Shown: positions 1-10,097, counted from the stretch's first letter. The stretch: DNA of 64,000 nucleotides from an uncultured Bdellovibrionales bacterium (GCA_964543815.1 CAZIZG010000002.1:50111-114110); one strand, 5' to 3'. Notes: a model not told the origin generated them from the sequence alone. Translations and numbers: made by a program.

Positions 1-27
1 CATTTTTCTCCCTTGCTTTGCTGCCAT
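1..27 (-). CDS. rpsE: 30S ribosomal protein S5, N-terminal 9 codons only (gene runs off the window start)
   Basis: The minus-strand ATG at 27..25 gives MAAKQGRKM... directly downstream of rplR in the canonical L18-S5 order. Too short to confirm by sequence alone. Confidence 0.3.
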
Positions 28-52
28 ACGATTATTATGTACGAATCATTTA

Positions 53-409
53 CTAAATACTCACACCGCCTGCCCGTAAAGCCTCAGCCACGGCCTTAAC
101 TTTACCATGATAACGATAGCCTGAACGATCAAAGAGGGCACGCTCGATACTCATCGCACCTAAACGCTTAGCGAGAAGCGCTCCGAGGGCCGTAGCACTT
201 TCCACTGTGTTTTTAGGCGATTTTCCTAAATCAGCGAGTTTAGCATGAGTGAGTGTCCTACCAGAAGCATCGTCAATCGCCTGAACGGAAAGACTCTTCA
301 GACTACGAAAGACCGATATGCGAGGACACTCAGCCGAACCAGAAATTTTGGCTCGGATACGACGCTTGCGCTCGAATCGCTTCACTTTTTTTACAACTTT
401 CTTAAGCAT
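53..409 (-). CDS. rplR: 50S ribosomal protein L18
   Basis: 118-aa basic protein with an L18-like sequence (…RISVFRSLKSL…ERALFDRSGYRYHGKV…). Its position follows L6 in the spc cluster. Confidence 0.9.
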   Translation of the reverse strand: MLKKVVKKVKRFERKRRIRAKISGSAECPRISVFRSLKSLSVQAIDDASGRTLTHAKLADLGKSPKNTVESATALGALLAKRLGAMSIERALFDRSGYRYHGKVKAVAEALRAGGVSI

Positions 410-444
410 AGTTCCAAATATTATTCCAGACGATGTATCACACG

Positions 445-981
445 TTAGGCGGCTGCCTTTTTCCCTTCCTTACGTCGGACAATTTCTCCGACATAGCGGA
501 AGCCCTTGCCCTTATACGGTTCTACCGGCTTTAGCTTACGAACGACGGCGGCAAACTCCCCGACCTGCTGCTTATCCGAACCCGTTACCTTGAGTACGTT
601 ACCTTCTACGAGAGCAGCGATACCTTCAGGCAACAACATTTCCACCGGGTGAGAAAAACCAAGAGCAAGTACCAGTTTTTTCCCCTGAAGGTTCATACGA
701 TAACCAACACCATTGAGCTCAAGCGCTTTCTCAAACCCCGTAGTCACTCCGACAATCATATTGGCAATTGATTTGGCGGTAGTACCCCAAAGAGCTTGTG
801 CCTGTTTGGTTTCGCCCACCTTAGCCACCTGAACGTGCCCTTCTTCGATAGTAACTTTAACTTCTCGGCGATGCTCAAACGTCAGGGTTCCTTTTGGACC
901 TTTGACGGAAACCACCCGCTTGTCGAGTGTTACCTCAACACCGGCTGGGATGGCTACTGGTTTTTTTCCAATTCTACTCAT
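445..981 (-). CDS. rplF: 50S ribosomal protein L6
   Basis: Starts MSRIGKKPVAIPAGVEV…VKGPKG, the canonical L6 N-terminus. Lies between S8 and L18. Confidence 0.93.
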   Translation of the reverse strand: MSRIGKKPVAIPAGVEVTLDKRVVSVKGPKGTLTFEHRREVKVTIEEGHVQVAKVGETKQAQALWGTTAKSIANMIVGVTTGFEKALELNGVGYRMNLQGKKLVLALGFSHPVEMLLPEGIAALVEGNVLKVTGSDKQQVGEFAAVVRKLKPVEPYKGKGFRYVGEIVRRKEGKKAAA

Positions 982-1006
982 AGGTGTATATTGCTCGAGA
1001 TAACGA

Positions 1007-1411
1007 CTACCACACTTTGCACAAATATTCCCCCCCTAAGCCCTTAGCATACGCTTCGCCACCAGTCATCACACCTTGTGAAGTTGAAAGAATAGCAATA
1101 CCGTAACCGTTCTTCACCTTCTTCACTTCATGACTCTTCACATAAATTCGACATCCTTCTTTTGAGACACGAGTGATTTCTTGAATGGCTGGCGCTTTTT
1201 TGGTAGGTGAGACAGTCGTATACTTGAGCCAAACACACAGGGTTTCCTTAGCACCATCAGTTTGCTTCTCGACGCGCGCCACAAAACCTTCGCGCTCCAA
1301 AATCTGAGCGATAACGGCTTTCAGTTTCGAGGATGGAAAAACGACCTGGGCCTTTTGAGCGGCCTGAGCGTTTCTGATTCTCGTTAACATGTCTGCGATT
1401 GGATCAAGCAT
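1007..1411 (-). CDS. rpsH: 30S ribosomal protein S8
   Basis: Starts MLDPIADMLTRIRNA, typical of S8. Sits in the spc order. Confidence 0.93.
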   Translation of the reverse strand: MLDPIADMLTRIRNAQAAQKAQVVFPSSKLKAVIAQILEREGFVARVEKQTDGAKETLCVWLKYTTVSPTKKAPAIQEITRVSKEGCRIYVKSHEVKKVKNGYGIAILSTSQGVMTGGEAYAKGLGGEYLCKVW

Positions 1412-1441
1412 AGTCTTCTTTAGCTAATAGCGCGTTTATAT

Positions 1442-1627
1442 CTACCAGGAAGCCTTCTTCACTCCCGGAATTTCGCCCGTTGAGGCTAGTTCACGGAAGC
1501 AGATGCGACAGATGTCGTACCGGCGCAAATATCCTCGCTTCCGACCACACTTCCAACACCGTCTCACGATACGGGTAGAGAATTTCGGTGTCTTCAGTGC
1601 TCTCGCTTGGGTAGATGTCTTGGCCAT
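1442..1627 (-). CDS. rpsZ: 30S ribosomal protein S14 type Z (zinc-binding)
   Basis: 61 aa with [20 protein letters not shown], the C4 zinc ribbon of short-form S14. Lies between L5 and S8. Confidence 0.92.
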   Translation of the reverse strand: MAKTSTQARALKTPKFSTRIVRRCWKCGRKRGYLRRYDICRICFRELASTGEIPGVKKASW

Positions 1628-1633
1628 AATACT

Positions 1634-2197
1634 TTATTTATCGTTAGTGTCACTCGTCTGAAACGGTACGCCCAAATGTCGGAACAAAGCACGTCCCTCT
1701 TCGGTATTGCGCGACGTCGTCACCACATTCACTTGAAAACTGAAAATATGCTGCACTTTCTCCGGAACAATTTCTGAAAAAATCGTATGGTCCTTAATAC
1801 CAAGATTGAGGTTGCCACTATGGTCAACAGAATTGACCGTCACGCCCTGAAAATCACGTACGCGTGGCAGAGCAATAAGGAACAATCGGTCGAGGAAATT
1901 CCACATCCGCTTCCCATGAAGAGTTGTGCGGGCTCCGATTTCCAAATCCTCACGAATCTTAAATCCAGCGATAGCCTTACGTGCTTTCGTGAGAAGTACC
2001 TTCTGACCAGTGATAGCCTCAAGCGAAGCCACTACCTCATCAACACGCTTCTGATCTTTCAAAATCTTACCAATACCAACGTTCACGACCACTTTAGCAA
2101 TGCGCGGTACCGCCATCGGATTCTCAATCTTGAGATCCTTCTTGAGAGCCGGAACGGCTTTCTCGGTATAGGTTGTCTTGATACTAGGGGTTTTCAT
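1634..2197 (-). CDS. rplE: 50S ribosomal protein L5
   Basis: 187 aa with L5-like sequence (…RIAKVVVNVGIG…) at the expected operon position. Confidence 0.93.
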   Translation of the reverse strand: MKTPSIKTTYTEKAVPALKKDLKIENPMAVPRIAKVVVNVGIGKILKDQKRVDEVVASLEAITGQKVLLTKARKAIAGFKIREDLEIGARTTLHGKRMWNFLDRLFLIALPRVRDFQGVTVNSVDHSGNLNLGIKDHTIFSEIVPEKVQHIFSFQVNVVTTSRNTEEGRALFRHLGVPFQTSDTNDK

Positions 2198-2207
2198 AAT
2201 GCTTCAC

Positions 2208-2513
2208 TTAGAGAGCCTTACCGGCACGCTTACTCATACGAATCTTCTCACCGCCTTCAATCTTCCATCCGATACGAGTCGGCTTGTTGGTATGAGGACA
2301 GACCACCATCACATTTGAGACATGGATGGGCGCTTCTTTCTCGACACGCTCGCCCTTTTCACCTTCCCGACGAGCTTTCATATGACGCTTCATCAGGTTA
2401 GCACCCTTTACCACGACCTTCTCAGTCGTCGGAAAGACAGAGAGTACTTCTCCCTGCTTGCCACGGTCCTTGCCGGCCATGATTTGTACTTTGTCGCCTT
2501 TCTTAATTTTCAT
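2208..2513 (-). CDS. rplX: 50S ribosomal protein L24
   Basis: Starts MKIKKGDKVQIMAGKDRGKQGEV, a KOW motif. Sits between L14 and L5. Confidence 0.9.
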   Translation of the reverse strand: MKIKKGDKVQIMAGKDRGKQGEVLSVFPTTEKVVVKGANLMKRHMKARREGEKGERVEKEAPIHVSNVMVVCPHTNKPTRIGWKIEGGEKIRMSKRAGKAL

Positions 2514-2533
2514 AGTATGAAACTGATGATACG

Positions 2534-2905
2534 TTACAGAACTTCGGGAGCGAGTGACACAATCTTGGAAAATCCCTTCTCGCGGAGTTCACGAGCAACC
2601 GGACCAAAAATACGAGTGCCCTTGGGATCCTGGAGATTAGTGTCGAGGATAACCGCAGCATTTTCGTCAAAGCGGATGTAGGAGTTATCTTTGCGTCGAT
2701 ATTCTTTAACCTGACGCACGATGACTGCCTTGACCTTCTCACCCTTCTTCACTAAACCACGCGGCTCAGCTACTTTGACCGAAGCCACCACAATGTCTCC
2801 AAGAGACGCGTAGCGACGTCGCGTTCCGCCGAGCACCTTGAAACATTCGATGACTTTAGCACCGGTGTTATCAGCTACTCGCAATCTTGATTCTGCTTGG
2901 ATCAT
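2534..2905 (-). CDS. rplN: 50S ribosomal protein L14
   Basis: Starts [17 protein letters not shown], highly conserved in L14. Confidence 0.95.
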   Translation of the reverse strand: MIQAESRLRVADNTGAKVIECFKVLGGTRRRYASLGDIVVASVKVAEPRGLVKKGEKVKAVIVRQVKEYRRKDNSYIRFDENAAVILDTNLQDPKGTRIFGPVARELREKGFSKIVSLAPEVL

Positions 2906-2932
2906 AGTAGTAACAACGTTTAGAAATACTCT

Positions 2933-3196
2933 TTAGGCGACGATGGCGTGACGCTTATCACGACTCATCGGACGACACTCTTGAAACTCCACCATCGTAC
3001 CAAGGGCATACTTACCACTTTCCTCGACATGTACTTTGTACTTCTTTGAGGAGCGATACTGCTTCTGATACTTGGGATGAGCCTTAATAGTGTCAACTTT
3101 GACAACAATTGTCTTCTGCATAGCGTTACTTACCACTACCCCCTTGAGAGTAGGCGCCTTGCTCATCTTTTCAATTGTCTCTTTCTGATTGGTCAT
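2933..3196 (-). CDS. rpsQ: 30S ribosomal protein S17
   Basis: 87 aa with an S17-like OB-fold sequence (…KGVVVSNAMQKTIVVKV…) at the expected operon position. Confidence 0.9.
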   Translation of the reverse strand: MTNQKETIEKMSKAPTLKGVVVSNAMQKTIVVKVDTIKAHPKYQKQYRSSKKYKVHVEESGKYALGTMVEFQECRPMSRDKRHAIVA

Positions 3197-3216
3197 AAAT
3201 ATATGGAGATATTCTA

Positions 3217-3453
3217 CTACTCGACTTCTACTGCCGCACCTTCTACTTCTACGGCAGAGAGGGACTTGATGGTGTTGAGGCGAGCGATGTCTTTTTTCAT
3301 CTTGCGATAATCGCTGTGGTTTTTGGCTTCACGAGTCGACAAATCAAAACGCAGCTTGCGCACCTTGTCCGAGAGCTCCAAGAGAGCTTTGTCTCGTTCT
3401 GCTTCAGATTTTTCTAGCCATTCTTTTACTTTCATACACGCATCATTATTCAA
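3217..3453 (-). CDS. rpmC: 50S ribosomal protein L29
   Basis: L29-like helical protein (KVKEWLEKSEAERDKALLEL…RKLRFDLS…). The true start may be the internal Met at 3435. Confidence 0.8.
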   Translation of the reverse strand: MNNDACMKVKEWLEKSEAERDKALLELSDKVRKLRFDLSTREAKNHSDYRKMKKDIARLNTIKSLSAVEVEGAAVEVE

Positions 3454-3458
3454 AAACT

Positions 3459-3872
3459 CTATTGCTTGACAACAAACTTTGTCTTGATGGCAAGCTTGTA
3501 AGCTGCGAGACTCATAGCTTTTTCTGCTGCTACCCGTGGAATACCCTCGAGCTCAAACAGTACTTTCCCGGCCCGGACCTTAGCGACGAAGTGATCGACA
3601 CTTCCCTTTCCCTTACCCATCGGGGTCTGCTCACCCTTTTTGGTCATCGGTTTATCAGGAAAAACCCGAATCCACACCTTACCACCACGCTGGATAGAGC
3701 GAGTCATAGCCCGACGTGCCGCCTCAATCTGACGAGCTGAAATGAGCCCTTCCTCCATAGCCTTAAGGCCATAGCTTCCAAAACTCACGCTTGTCCCAGA
3801 GGTGGCCGGTTTCCCGGACCATCCGCCGCGCTGGACTTTGCGATGCTTTACTTTTCTTGGCATTAACAACAT
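3459..3872 (-). CDS. rplP: 50S ribosomal protein L16
   Basis: Starts [16 protein letters not shown], the L16 signature. Confidence 0.93.
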   Translation of the reverse strand: MLLMPRKVKHRKVQRGGWSGKPATSGTSVSFGSYGLKAMEEGLISARQIEAARRAMTRSIQRGGKVWIRVFPDKPMTKKGEQTPMGKGKGSVDHFVAKVRAGKVLFELEGIPRVAAEKAMSLAAYKLAIKTKFVVKQ

Positions 3873-3880
3873 AAGCGTGT

Positions 3881-4534
3881 TTATTCGGTAGCTCTAAATT
3901 TTTCTCCCTTGTAAATCCAGGTCTTTACTCCGATGACTCCATACGTCGTTCGAGCTTCAGTACGAGCAAAATCAATATCAGCACGGAGTGTATGAAGAGG
4001 GATTTTACCGCGAGATAACCACTCACGACGAGACATCTCAGCACCCCCCAGACGGCCAGAAATTTCAATCTTTACTCCTTCTGCCTCTTTGTTACCCTCT
4101 ACCTGATCAAGCATCCCCTTCAGAACTCGACGAAACGGCATACGCTTTTCCAACTGTTCAGCCACCTGCTGGCCAACAAGCATGGCATTGAGCTCCGCAT
4201 TCTTTACTTCCTGAACCTCCACCTTGAGTTCAACTTTCTTGCCGGCAAAGAAACGCTTCTTAATAACACGTGAGAGATCTTCGATACCCGTCCCGCCACG
4301 ACCGATGAGTACACCTGGGCGAGAAGTATGGATAACTAAACGTAAAGCATTGGCCGAACGTTCAATCGTGACACTAGCGATTGCAGCCGCCTTCCATTTA
4401 CCCATGATAAACTCGCGCATTTCAACATCTTTGCGCAATTGTTCTCGGTAGGTCTTTTTACTTTCAAACCAGCGTGATTGCCAGTTAGTCGTAATACCGA
4501 GACGGATGCCAGTTGGGTGTACTTTATTGCCCAT
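3881..4534 (-). CDS. rpsC: 30S ribosomal protein S3
   Basis: Starts [23 protein letters not shown] and carries a KH domain, characteristic of S3. Confidence 0.93.
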   Translation of the reverse strand: MGNKVHPTGIRLGITTNWQSRWFESKKTYREQLRKDVEMREFIMGKWKAAAIASVTIERSANALRLVIHTSRPGVLIGRGGTGIEDLSRVIKKRFFAGKKVELKVEVQEVKNAELNAMLVGQQVAEQLEKRMPFRRVLKGMLDQVEGNKEAEGVKIEISGRLGGAEMSRREWLSRGKIPLHTLRADIDFARTEARTTYGVIGVKTWIYKGEKFRATE

Positions 4535-4556
4535 AATGTGTTACGTGTACTTTAGT

Positions 4557-5093
4557 TTACGAGGATTTTCGCTGAAACATTTTCTTGACCACTTTGCCAC
4601 CAGTTGGCTTCGCTCCCTTTATCATCTCTTTCTTGAGTTCAGGTTTGGCAATTTTTGCTACTCCCTTTTCTTCTTTCTTTTCCTCTGGAGCTTCAAGCTC
4701 AGCAGCCTTTTCAGTCACAACGACTTTCGGTTCTTTCTTGGTGGTACGATTTTTTCCCTCTACTCGCTCTTCAAGAATAATCGTTATATTGGAACCACGC
4801 CGCATGAGTGGAGTAGCACGACCGAAAGCCCGAGGCAACCAACGCTCTAAACGAAGACCATCACCAACCCGAATCGCTTCGATATAGAGATTGTTTTCAT
4901 CCAGACCAAAATTATTCGTAGCATTCGCTACCGCACTAGCGAGTAGGGTAGCAATCGGCTGCGAAGACTTCTTGACCATCTTTGAAAGCTGAACAAAAGC
5001 TTCACGGGTATCAACGCCAACCAGAGCATGCGTAACCAAGCGCACTTTTCGTGGGGCGACTCGTAAGTTATTGAGGGTTGCGTATACTTTCAT
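4557..5093 (-). CDS. rplV: 50S ribosomal protein L22 with a ~65-aa K/E-rich C-terminal extension
   Basis: L22 core MKVYATLNNLRVAPRKVRLV… followed by the low-complexity tail …EEKKEEKGVAKIAKPELKKE…. Confidence 0.88.
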   Translation of the reverse strand: MKVYATLNNLRVAPRKVRLVTHALVGVDTREAFVQLSKMVKKSSQPIATLLASAVANATNNFGLDENNLYIEAIRVGDGLRLERWLPRAFGRATPLMRRGSNITIILEERVEGKNRTTKKEPKVVVTEKAAELEAPEEKKEEKGVAKIAKPELKKEMIKGAKPTGGKVVKKMFQRKSS

Positions 5094-5101
5094 AGCTTCA
5101 A

Positions 5102-5443
5102 TTATTTCTTGGCAGTAGTAGCGGCTTTAGCGGCTTTAGCAGCATCGAGCTCACGCTGCTTAGCAGCGATTTCGATTTCCTTTTGCATCTTACCACCATG
5201 ACGACGGAAAGTGCGCGTTGGAGCAAATTCACCCAGACGATGTCCAACCATTTCTTCCGTGGTAAATACCGGGATAAAATCCTTGCCATTATGAACACCA
5301 AAGGTGAACCCTACCATCTCAGGCGAGATAACGCAAGCACGCGACCAGGTCTTGATAACCGTTCGGTCACCGAGCTTTTTCCCTTCAATCTTTTTCAAGA
5401 CTCTCGGGTCAACGTATGGGCCTTTTTTGAGACTTCGTGACAT
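5102..5443 (-). CDS. rpsS: 30S ribosomal protein S19 with an A/K-rich C-terminal tail
   Basis: Starts [19 protein letters not shown] and contains [13 protein letters not shown]. Confidence 0.92.
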   Translation of the reverse strand: MSRSLKKGPYVDPRVLKKIEGKKLGDRTVIKTWSRACVISPEMVGFTFGVHNGKDFIPVFTTEEMVGHRLGEFAPTRTFRRHGGKMQKEIEIAAKQRELDAAKAAKAATTAKK

Positions 5444-5467
5444 AGATTTCTTCTTGTGGATTCAATA

Positions 5468-6295
5468 CTATTTCTTGGTGCGACGACGGACGATATACTT
5501 ATTGCTCTGGTTCTTGCGGCTACGGGTCTTCTTGCCAAGTGCCGGCTTACCCCATGGTGTCTTCGGATGCATACCAATCGGCTGACGTCCCTCTCCACCA
5601 CCGTGTGGATGATCCACTGGGTTCATAGCGCTTCCACGAACATGCGGACGACGATTCTTCCAACGGCTACGACCAGCCTTACCGATACGCTCAGCACTAT
5701 GTTCGAAGTTACTCACCTGACCGAGAGTAGCGTAGCATTCTTTGCTCACTAACCGGATTTCACCAGAGGCCAGTTTAATCTGGGCCATCGGACCATCCAA
5801 GGCCATAAGAACCGCCTGAGAACCGGCGCTCCGAACAATCTGACCACCCTTTCCAATCTTCATTTCAATATTACAAATCGTGGTTCCGGCTGGAATATTC
5901 TTGAGAAGCATGCGGTTACCATTCACCACCGGGACACTTTCCCCGGAAACCACCGTCCCACCCTGCTTCATACCGTCTGTCGCGAGAATATAGCGCTTCT
6001 CTCCATCAGCATAGTGTACCAAGGCAATGAGAGCCGAACGATTCGGATCTTTTTCCAAATGAGCTATCTTACCAGGGATATCAAGCTTGTCCTGGCGAAA
6101 ATCAACCAAGCGATAGCGACGCTTGTGACCACCACCCTGGTGACGCACGGAAATCTTTCCACCCGAACGACCAGCCCGCTTCTTGTGCGGAGCAAGCAGG
6201 GACTTTTCTGGTGCCTTATCGGTTATACCGTCAGGCTTAACAATCGACATATTACGTCGACCGGCATGGTTCTTTTTGTAGATCTTGATGGCCAT
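5468..6295 (-). CDS. rplB: 50S ribosomal protein L2
   Basis: 275 aa with L2 hallmarks (…MNPVDHPHGGGEGR…). Confidence 0.95.
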   Translation of the reverse strand: MAIKIYKKNHAGRRNMSIVKPDGITDKAPEKSLLAPHKKRAGRSGGKISVRHQGGGHKRRYRLVDFRQDKLDIPGKIAHLEKDPNRSALIALVHYADGEKRYILATDGMKQGGTVVSGESVPVVNGNRMLLKNIPAGTTICNIEMKIGKGGQIVRSAGSQAVLMALDGPMAQIKLASGEIRLVSKECYATLGQVSNFEHSAERIGKAGRSRWKNRRPHVRGSAMNPVDHPHGGGEGRQPIGMHPKTPWGKPALGKKTRSRKNQSNKYIVRRRTKK

Positions 6296-6310
6296 AGGAA
6301 TTCTCTCTGA

Positions 6311-6670
6311 TTACATGCCTGCTTTAAACAGCTCGATGGTCTGGCCCTTGGCCACACTGACAATCGCCTTTTTGATTGAGCCCTTCACCCCGACCGTCCG
6401 GTTGCGACCAGAGACCCGCTTCTTGGCCGGCAATCGTACCATATTGACTGCTACAACATTGACGCCGTATACCTCTTCCACAGCGCGCTTCACTGACTTC
6501 TTGGTTGACGTCTTGGTCACTTCAAAAACGTATTTGTTTTCAACATTCATCGCGTAGGACTTCTCGGTAATGCGAGGACGGGACAGTAAACGCTCAGCAA
6601 GCGGGCTCTCTTTGGGAGTAAGCTTGCGTAGCGTCTTCTTTTCTTCAGTTGTCTTATCAAACAAAGCCAT
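6311..6670 (-). CDS. rplW: 50S ribosomal protein L23 with an N-terminal extension
   Basis: L23 core (…ITEKSYAMNVENKYVFEV…VNMVRLPAKKRV…) at the L4-L23-L2 position. Confidence 0.85.
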   Translation of the reverse strand: MALFDKTTEEKKTLRKLTPKESPLAERLLSRPRITEKSYAMNVENKYVFEVTKTSTKKSVKRAVEEVYGVNVVAVNMVRLPAKKRVSGRNRTVGVKGSIKKAIVSVAKGQTIELFKAGM

Positions 6671-6678
6671 ACGGTTGA

Positions 6679-7332
6679 TTATTTCTTGATAACAGTTTCC
6701 CAGGCCGCAAAGCGCTTCTCAAGTACCGCGATAGAAGCTTCAGTCAAAATAACATACTCGTGATCCAGAAGCTGTACAACGTTGAGATTCTCAGTGAGCG
6801 TATGGTCTACCTTAGGAATATTACGCGACATAAGGGAAAAAAGGAGTTCATCGTTCGCGAGAGCAAATGTCACACTCTTACCGTTGGTGCCAAGCGCCTG
6901 AAGGGTCTCAGCAAATAACTTCGTACGCTTCTCAGTATAAGAAAGAGTGTCAAGTACGAGAAGCTTTCCAGCGCGGACCTTTTCAGAAAGAGCAATCATA
7001 ACAGCCTTCTGACGCATTTTGGCAGTCGTGTTTTTGGAAAAGTTACGTTCTTTAGTCGGACCAAAAGTGACACCACCCTTGCGCCACAGCGGACTACGAG
7101 TCGCACCAGCACGAGCACGACCAGTACCTTTCTGACGCCACGGCTTGATACCAGAACCGGAACGTTCGCCACGATCTTTGGTGTGAGCAATAGCCACGCG
7201 AGTGTTCGCCGTCAGAGCAACGTAGACCTGATGAAGAAGCGTATCATTTGCTGGCACAGCAAAAATAGATTCCTTCAAGGCTAATTCCTTAACGTCTGCT
7301 CCTTTAATATTCTTGACGGTAACTTTGGACAT
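6679..7332 (-). CDS. rplD: 50S ribosomal protein L4
   Basis: 217 aa with an L4-like sequence (…KPWRQKGTGRARAG…). Confidence 0.9.
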   Translation of the reverse strand: MSKVTVKNIKGADVKELALKESIFAVPANDTLLHQVYVALTANTRVAIAHTKDRGERSGSGIKPWRQKGTGRARAGATRSPLWRKGGVTFGPTKERNFSKNTTAKMRQKAVMIALSEKVRAGKLLVLDTLSYTEKRTKLFAETLQALGTNGKSVTFALANDELLFSLMSRNIPKVDHTLTENLNVVQLLDHEYVILTEASIAVLEKRFAAWETVIKK

Positions 7333-7341
7333 ACAATTTCG

Positions 7342-7959
7342 TTAGTTCGCACTCATGACTTTGACAATCCGACCACTCACACCAGGTATAGCCCCCTTTA
7401 CTCCGATGAGACCTTCTGCTTCGTTAACATACACTACCGAGAGATTGAGCGCTGTCATATTTTCGCCACCCATACGTCCGGCCATTCGACGACCCTTAAC
7501 CACGTGTTCAGGAAAAGTAGCGCCGATACTTCCAGGCTTGCGGATATCATGTTTGCGTCCGTGACTGGTCATCTGACCACCGAAACCATGGCGCTTCACA
7601 ACGCCCTGAAAACCCTTGGACTTCGTCACACCAGCGACGTTAACGGTATCACCTACAACAAACTGGGCCACACTCATTTCAGTAGCTACCGGAAACTTCT
7701 CGAGTTCCTTGACCAGTACTTGCACTGCTTCGGCACTCTTACCGCGAGTCAATGCTCGGTCGATACGAAACTCTTTGCGCACGGTACTCTTGGCCGTCTT
7801 TTTTGTCTCAAGCTGTACCGCCAAATAGCCATCCTTCTCCAGCGTCCGATTAACCGTTACGGTATTTTTCGCACATTCAATAAGGGTCACGTTCAAAGCA
7901 CCCTTTGCCTCATCAAAGAGCGTTGTCATTCCAAGTTTTTTTCCGATAATGAATTTCAT
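7342..7959 (-). CDS. rplC: 50S ribosomal protein L3
   Basis: Starts MKFIIGKKLGMTTLFDE, the canonical L3 N-terminus. The ORF track offers a start 27 nt further upstream (7986), but the MKF start matches family conservation. No clear SD at either start. Confidence 0.9.
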   Translation of the reverse strand: MKFIIGKKLGMTTLFDEAKGALNVTLIECAKNTVTVNRTLEKDGYLAVQLETKKTAKSTVRKEFRIDRALTRGKSAEAVQVLVKELEKFPVATEMSVAQFVVGDTVNVAGVTKSKGFQGVVKRHGFGGQMTSHGRKHDIRKPGSIGATFPEHVVKGRRMAGRMGGENMTALNLSVVYVNEAEGLIGVKGAIPGVSGRIVKVMSAN

Positions 7960-8098
7960 TGCCGTGACATTTCTGATTACAAACAAAAAACTGGGCTTTC
8001 AAAGCGCGCCAGTTTTCAGATTTCCTGAAATTTGGTTCGCTTAGTATCTTCTTTCGCACCTGCTGTCAGTCAAGAGAGAAGACTTGAACGAGTATTCC

Positions 8099-8434
8099 TT
8101 ACATCTTAATCTCCACATCCACACCGGCAGGAAGATCGAGATTGGTAAGATTGTCTATTGTTTTTGCTGTTGGATTGATGATATCAATCAAACGCTTGTG
8201 CACTCGCATCTCGTATTGATCCCGAGAGTTCTTGTGCACAAAGGTCGAACGATTGACCGTCACTTTGTGAATTTCCGTCGGCAACGGCACTGGGCCAATA
8301 ATCACCGCTCCGGTCCGTTCCGCTGTTTCGACGATCTTGCGCGCAGACTGATCAATCACCTTGTGATCATACGCCTTGATCTTGATTCTGACACGCAGAT
8401 TTTGCGTTGTTTCGGTCTTTTTCATTGCGTTCAT
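8099..8434 (-). CDS. rpsJ: 30S ribosomal protein S10
   Basis: Contains …[20 protein letters not shown]…, the S10 signature. The true start may be the Met three codons in. Confidence 0.92.
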   Translation of the reverse strand: MNAMKKTETTQNLRVRIKIKAYDHKVIDQSARKIVETAERTGAVIIGPVPLPTEIHKVTVNRSTFVHKNSRDQYEMRVHKRLIDIINPTAKTIDNLTNLDLPAGVDVEIKM

Positions 8435-8515
8435 TATATTCTATTCTGATCCCTTTTTCAAGAGAACTCTTGTGGGGACGATTCGTATCGTCCACCACTG
8501 GGAGTTACCTCGAAA

Positions 8516-9706
8516 CTACTTGGTAATCTTGGTTGCGACACCGGCACCAACAGTGCGTCCACCCTCGCGGATGGCGAAGCGCATACCCTCTTCCATAGCG
8601 ACCGGAGCCAAGAGCGTAATCTTGAGCTTGACCGTATCACCTGGCATCACCATCTCAGTTCCTTCTGGCAACACCACTTCACCAGTCACGTCAGTCGTAC
8701 GGATGTAGAACTGTGGCTTGTAGCCCTTGAAGAACGGAGTGTGACGACCACCTTCTTCCTTGGAGAGGACGTAAACCTCGCCTTCGAATTCGGTGTGCGG
8801 AGTAATAGAACCGGGCTTGGCCAAAACCTGACCACGCTCCACGTCTTCCTTCTTAATACCACGGATAAGGAGACCGGCGTTGTCACCAGCAGTACCCTTG
8901 TCGAGCTGCTTGTTGAACATTTCGATACCGGTTACTACCGTCTTGGCAGTATCACGAATACCAACAATTTCCACTTCTTCGTTCAGGTTGACGACACCAC
9001 GCTCAATACGGCCAGTCACTACGGTTCCACGGCCTTCAATCGAAAAGATGTCTTCAATCGGCATGAGGAAAGGCTTGTCGAGATCACGAACCGGCTCAGG
9101 AATTTTAGAATCAAGAGCGGCCATCAAATCGAGAATCGGCTTGGCTGCCTCCTCATCAGCGCTCTTCGACTCAAGGGCCTTCAGGGCGCTTCCACGAATG
9201 ATAGCAGCGTTATCACCGTCAAACTCGTATTTGGAAAGGAGTTCACGAACTTCAGCTTCCACGAGGTCGATGAGTTCTGGATCATCCACCATATCAACCT
9301 TGTTCAAGAACACAACAATCGCTGGGACACCTACCTGGCGAGCCAAAAGAATGTGTTCACGAGTCTGAGGCATAGGACCATCAGTAGCAGACACCACGAG
9401 GATGGCACCGTCCATCTGAGCAGCACCCGTAATCATGTTCTTGATATAGTCAGCGTGACCAGGACAGTCAACGTGAGCATAGTGACGAGCATCACTCTCG
9501 TACTCACAGTGAGAAGTCGAGATGGTGATACCACGCTCGCGCTCTTCTGGAGCTTTATCGATCTCATCGACGCTTTTTTCCTTGGCGAATCCCTTCATGG
9601 AAAGGACGTGGAGGATAGCGGCCGTCAGGGTTGTTTTCCCGTGGTCAACGTGACCGATGGTGCCGACGTTTACGTGCGGCTTGGTGCGCTGAAATTGCTC
9701 TGCCAT
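8516..9706 (-). CDS. tuf: Elongation factor Tu
   Basis: 396 aa with [18 protein letters not shown] and NKVD GTP-binding motifs. Confidence 0.97.
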   Translation of the reverse strand: MAEQFQRTKPHVNVGTIGHVDHGKTTLTAAILHVLSMKGFAKEKSVDEIDKAPEERERGITISTSHCEYESDARHYAHVDCPGHADYIKNMITGAAQMDGAILVVSATDGPMPQTREHILLARQVGVPAIVVFLNKVDMVDDPELIDLVEAEVRELLSKYEFDGDNAAIIRGSALKALESKSADEEAAKPILDLMAALDSKIPEPVRDLDKPFLMPIEDIFSIEGRGTVVTGRIERGVVNLNEEVEIVGIRDTAKTVVTGIEMFNKQLDKGTAGDNAGLLIRGIKKEDVERGQVLAKPGSITPHTEFEGEVYVLSKEEGGRHTPFFKGYKPQFYIRTTDVTGEVVLPEGTEMVMPGDTVKLKITLLAPVAMEEGMRFAIREGGRTVGAGVATKITK

Positions 9707-9807
9707 AACCTTTTACTCAAACGAATTACGTTATTTACACTTGTTGTTTTTCAATCGATTTTTCCCGTCCGAAAACGAAAAAAGCTCGAGAAAAAGCGTC
9801 ACTCGCT

Positions 9808-9836
9808 ATAATATCAACTGGTTGAAAAACTGTCAA
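9808..9836 (-). promoter_or_regulatory. Sigma70-type promoter for tuf (TTGACA-17nt-TATTAT on the minus strand)
   Basis: Minus strand reads TTGACAgtttttcaaccagttgaTATTAT, about 100 nt upstream of the tuf ATG and downstream of the fusA terminator. Confidence 0.6.
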
Positions 9837-10040
9837 GGCGAGTGAGGATTATTGATAAAATACGTTATTTCCCCTTAGGCAAGCAACCTTTCAAAGTACC
9901 ATCGGGTCGCCCCAGCATGGTGACCTGATTGCCTTGAAGTCCTCACTCTTTTTCTTCCAGAAAAAACCATGCCCGTTCTGACTTCAAGGCTACTTTGAAA
10001 GATTCTTGCCAATGGAAAATCTAAGACTCAGCCTACTTTA

Positions 10041-10069
10041 GAAAAGAAAAACCAGCCATCGCTGGCTGG
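10041..10069 (-). terminator. Intrinsic terminator after fusA
   Basis: Stem CCAGCCA / TGGCTGG (plus-strand 10052-10058 / 10063-10069) with a 4-nt loop; on the minus strand it is followed by a T-run (rc of gaaaagaaaaa), directly downstream of the fusA stop. Confidence 0.6.
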
Positions 10070-10097
10070 TTGAGAATTCCTGGCACTCTTTTTCTCC

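Noticed and set aside
1787-2401. 204-aa plus-strand ORF across rplE/rplX
   Set aside because: It is antisense to two conserved ribosomal protein genes and has no independent evidence.
7960-7986. Nine extra N-terminal codons on rplC (ORF-track start at 7986)
   Set aside because: The L3 family starts at the MKxxxGKKxGMT motif, which here begins at 7959. The extension lacks an SD and conservation. It is noted as an alternative only.
8476-8493. Hairpin GGACGAT-tcgt-ATCGTCC between tuf and rpsJ as a terminator
   Set aside because: It is not followed by a U-tract on either strand. It is possibly an RNA processing site, but there is no evidence, so it is not reported as a feature.
8741-9811. 356-aa plus-strand ORF antisense to tuf (and similar long antisense ORFs over fusA, rpoB, rpoC, gyrB: for example 10494..11012, 33152..34423, 57668..58471)
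   Set aside because: They lie opposite highly conserved, confidently identified genes. Their translations are low-complexity and lack motifs. This is the classic antisense-ORF artefact.
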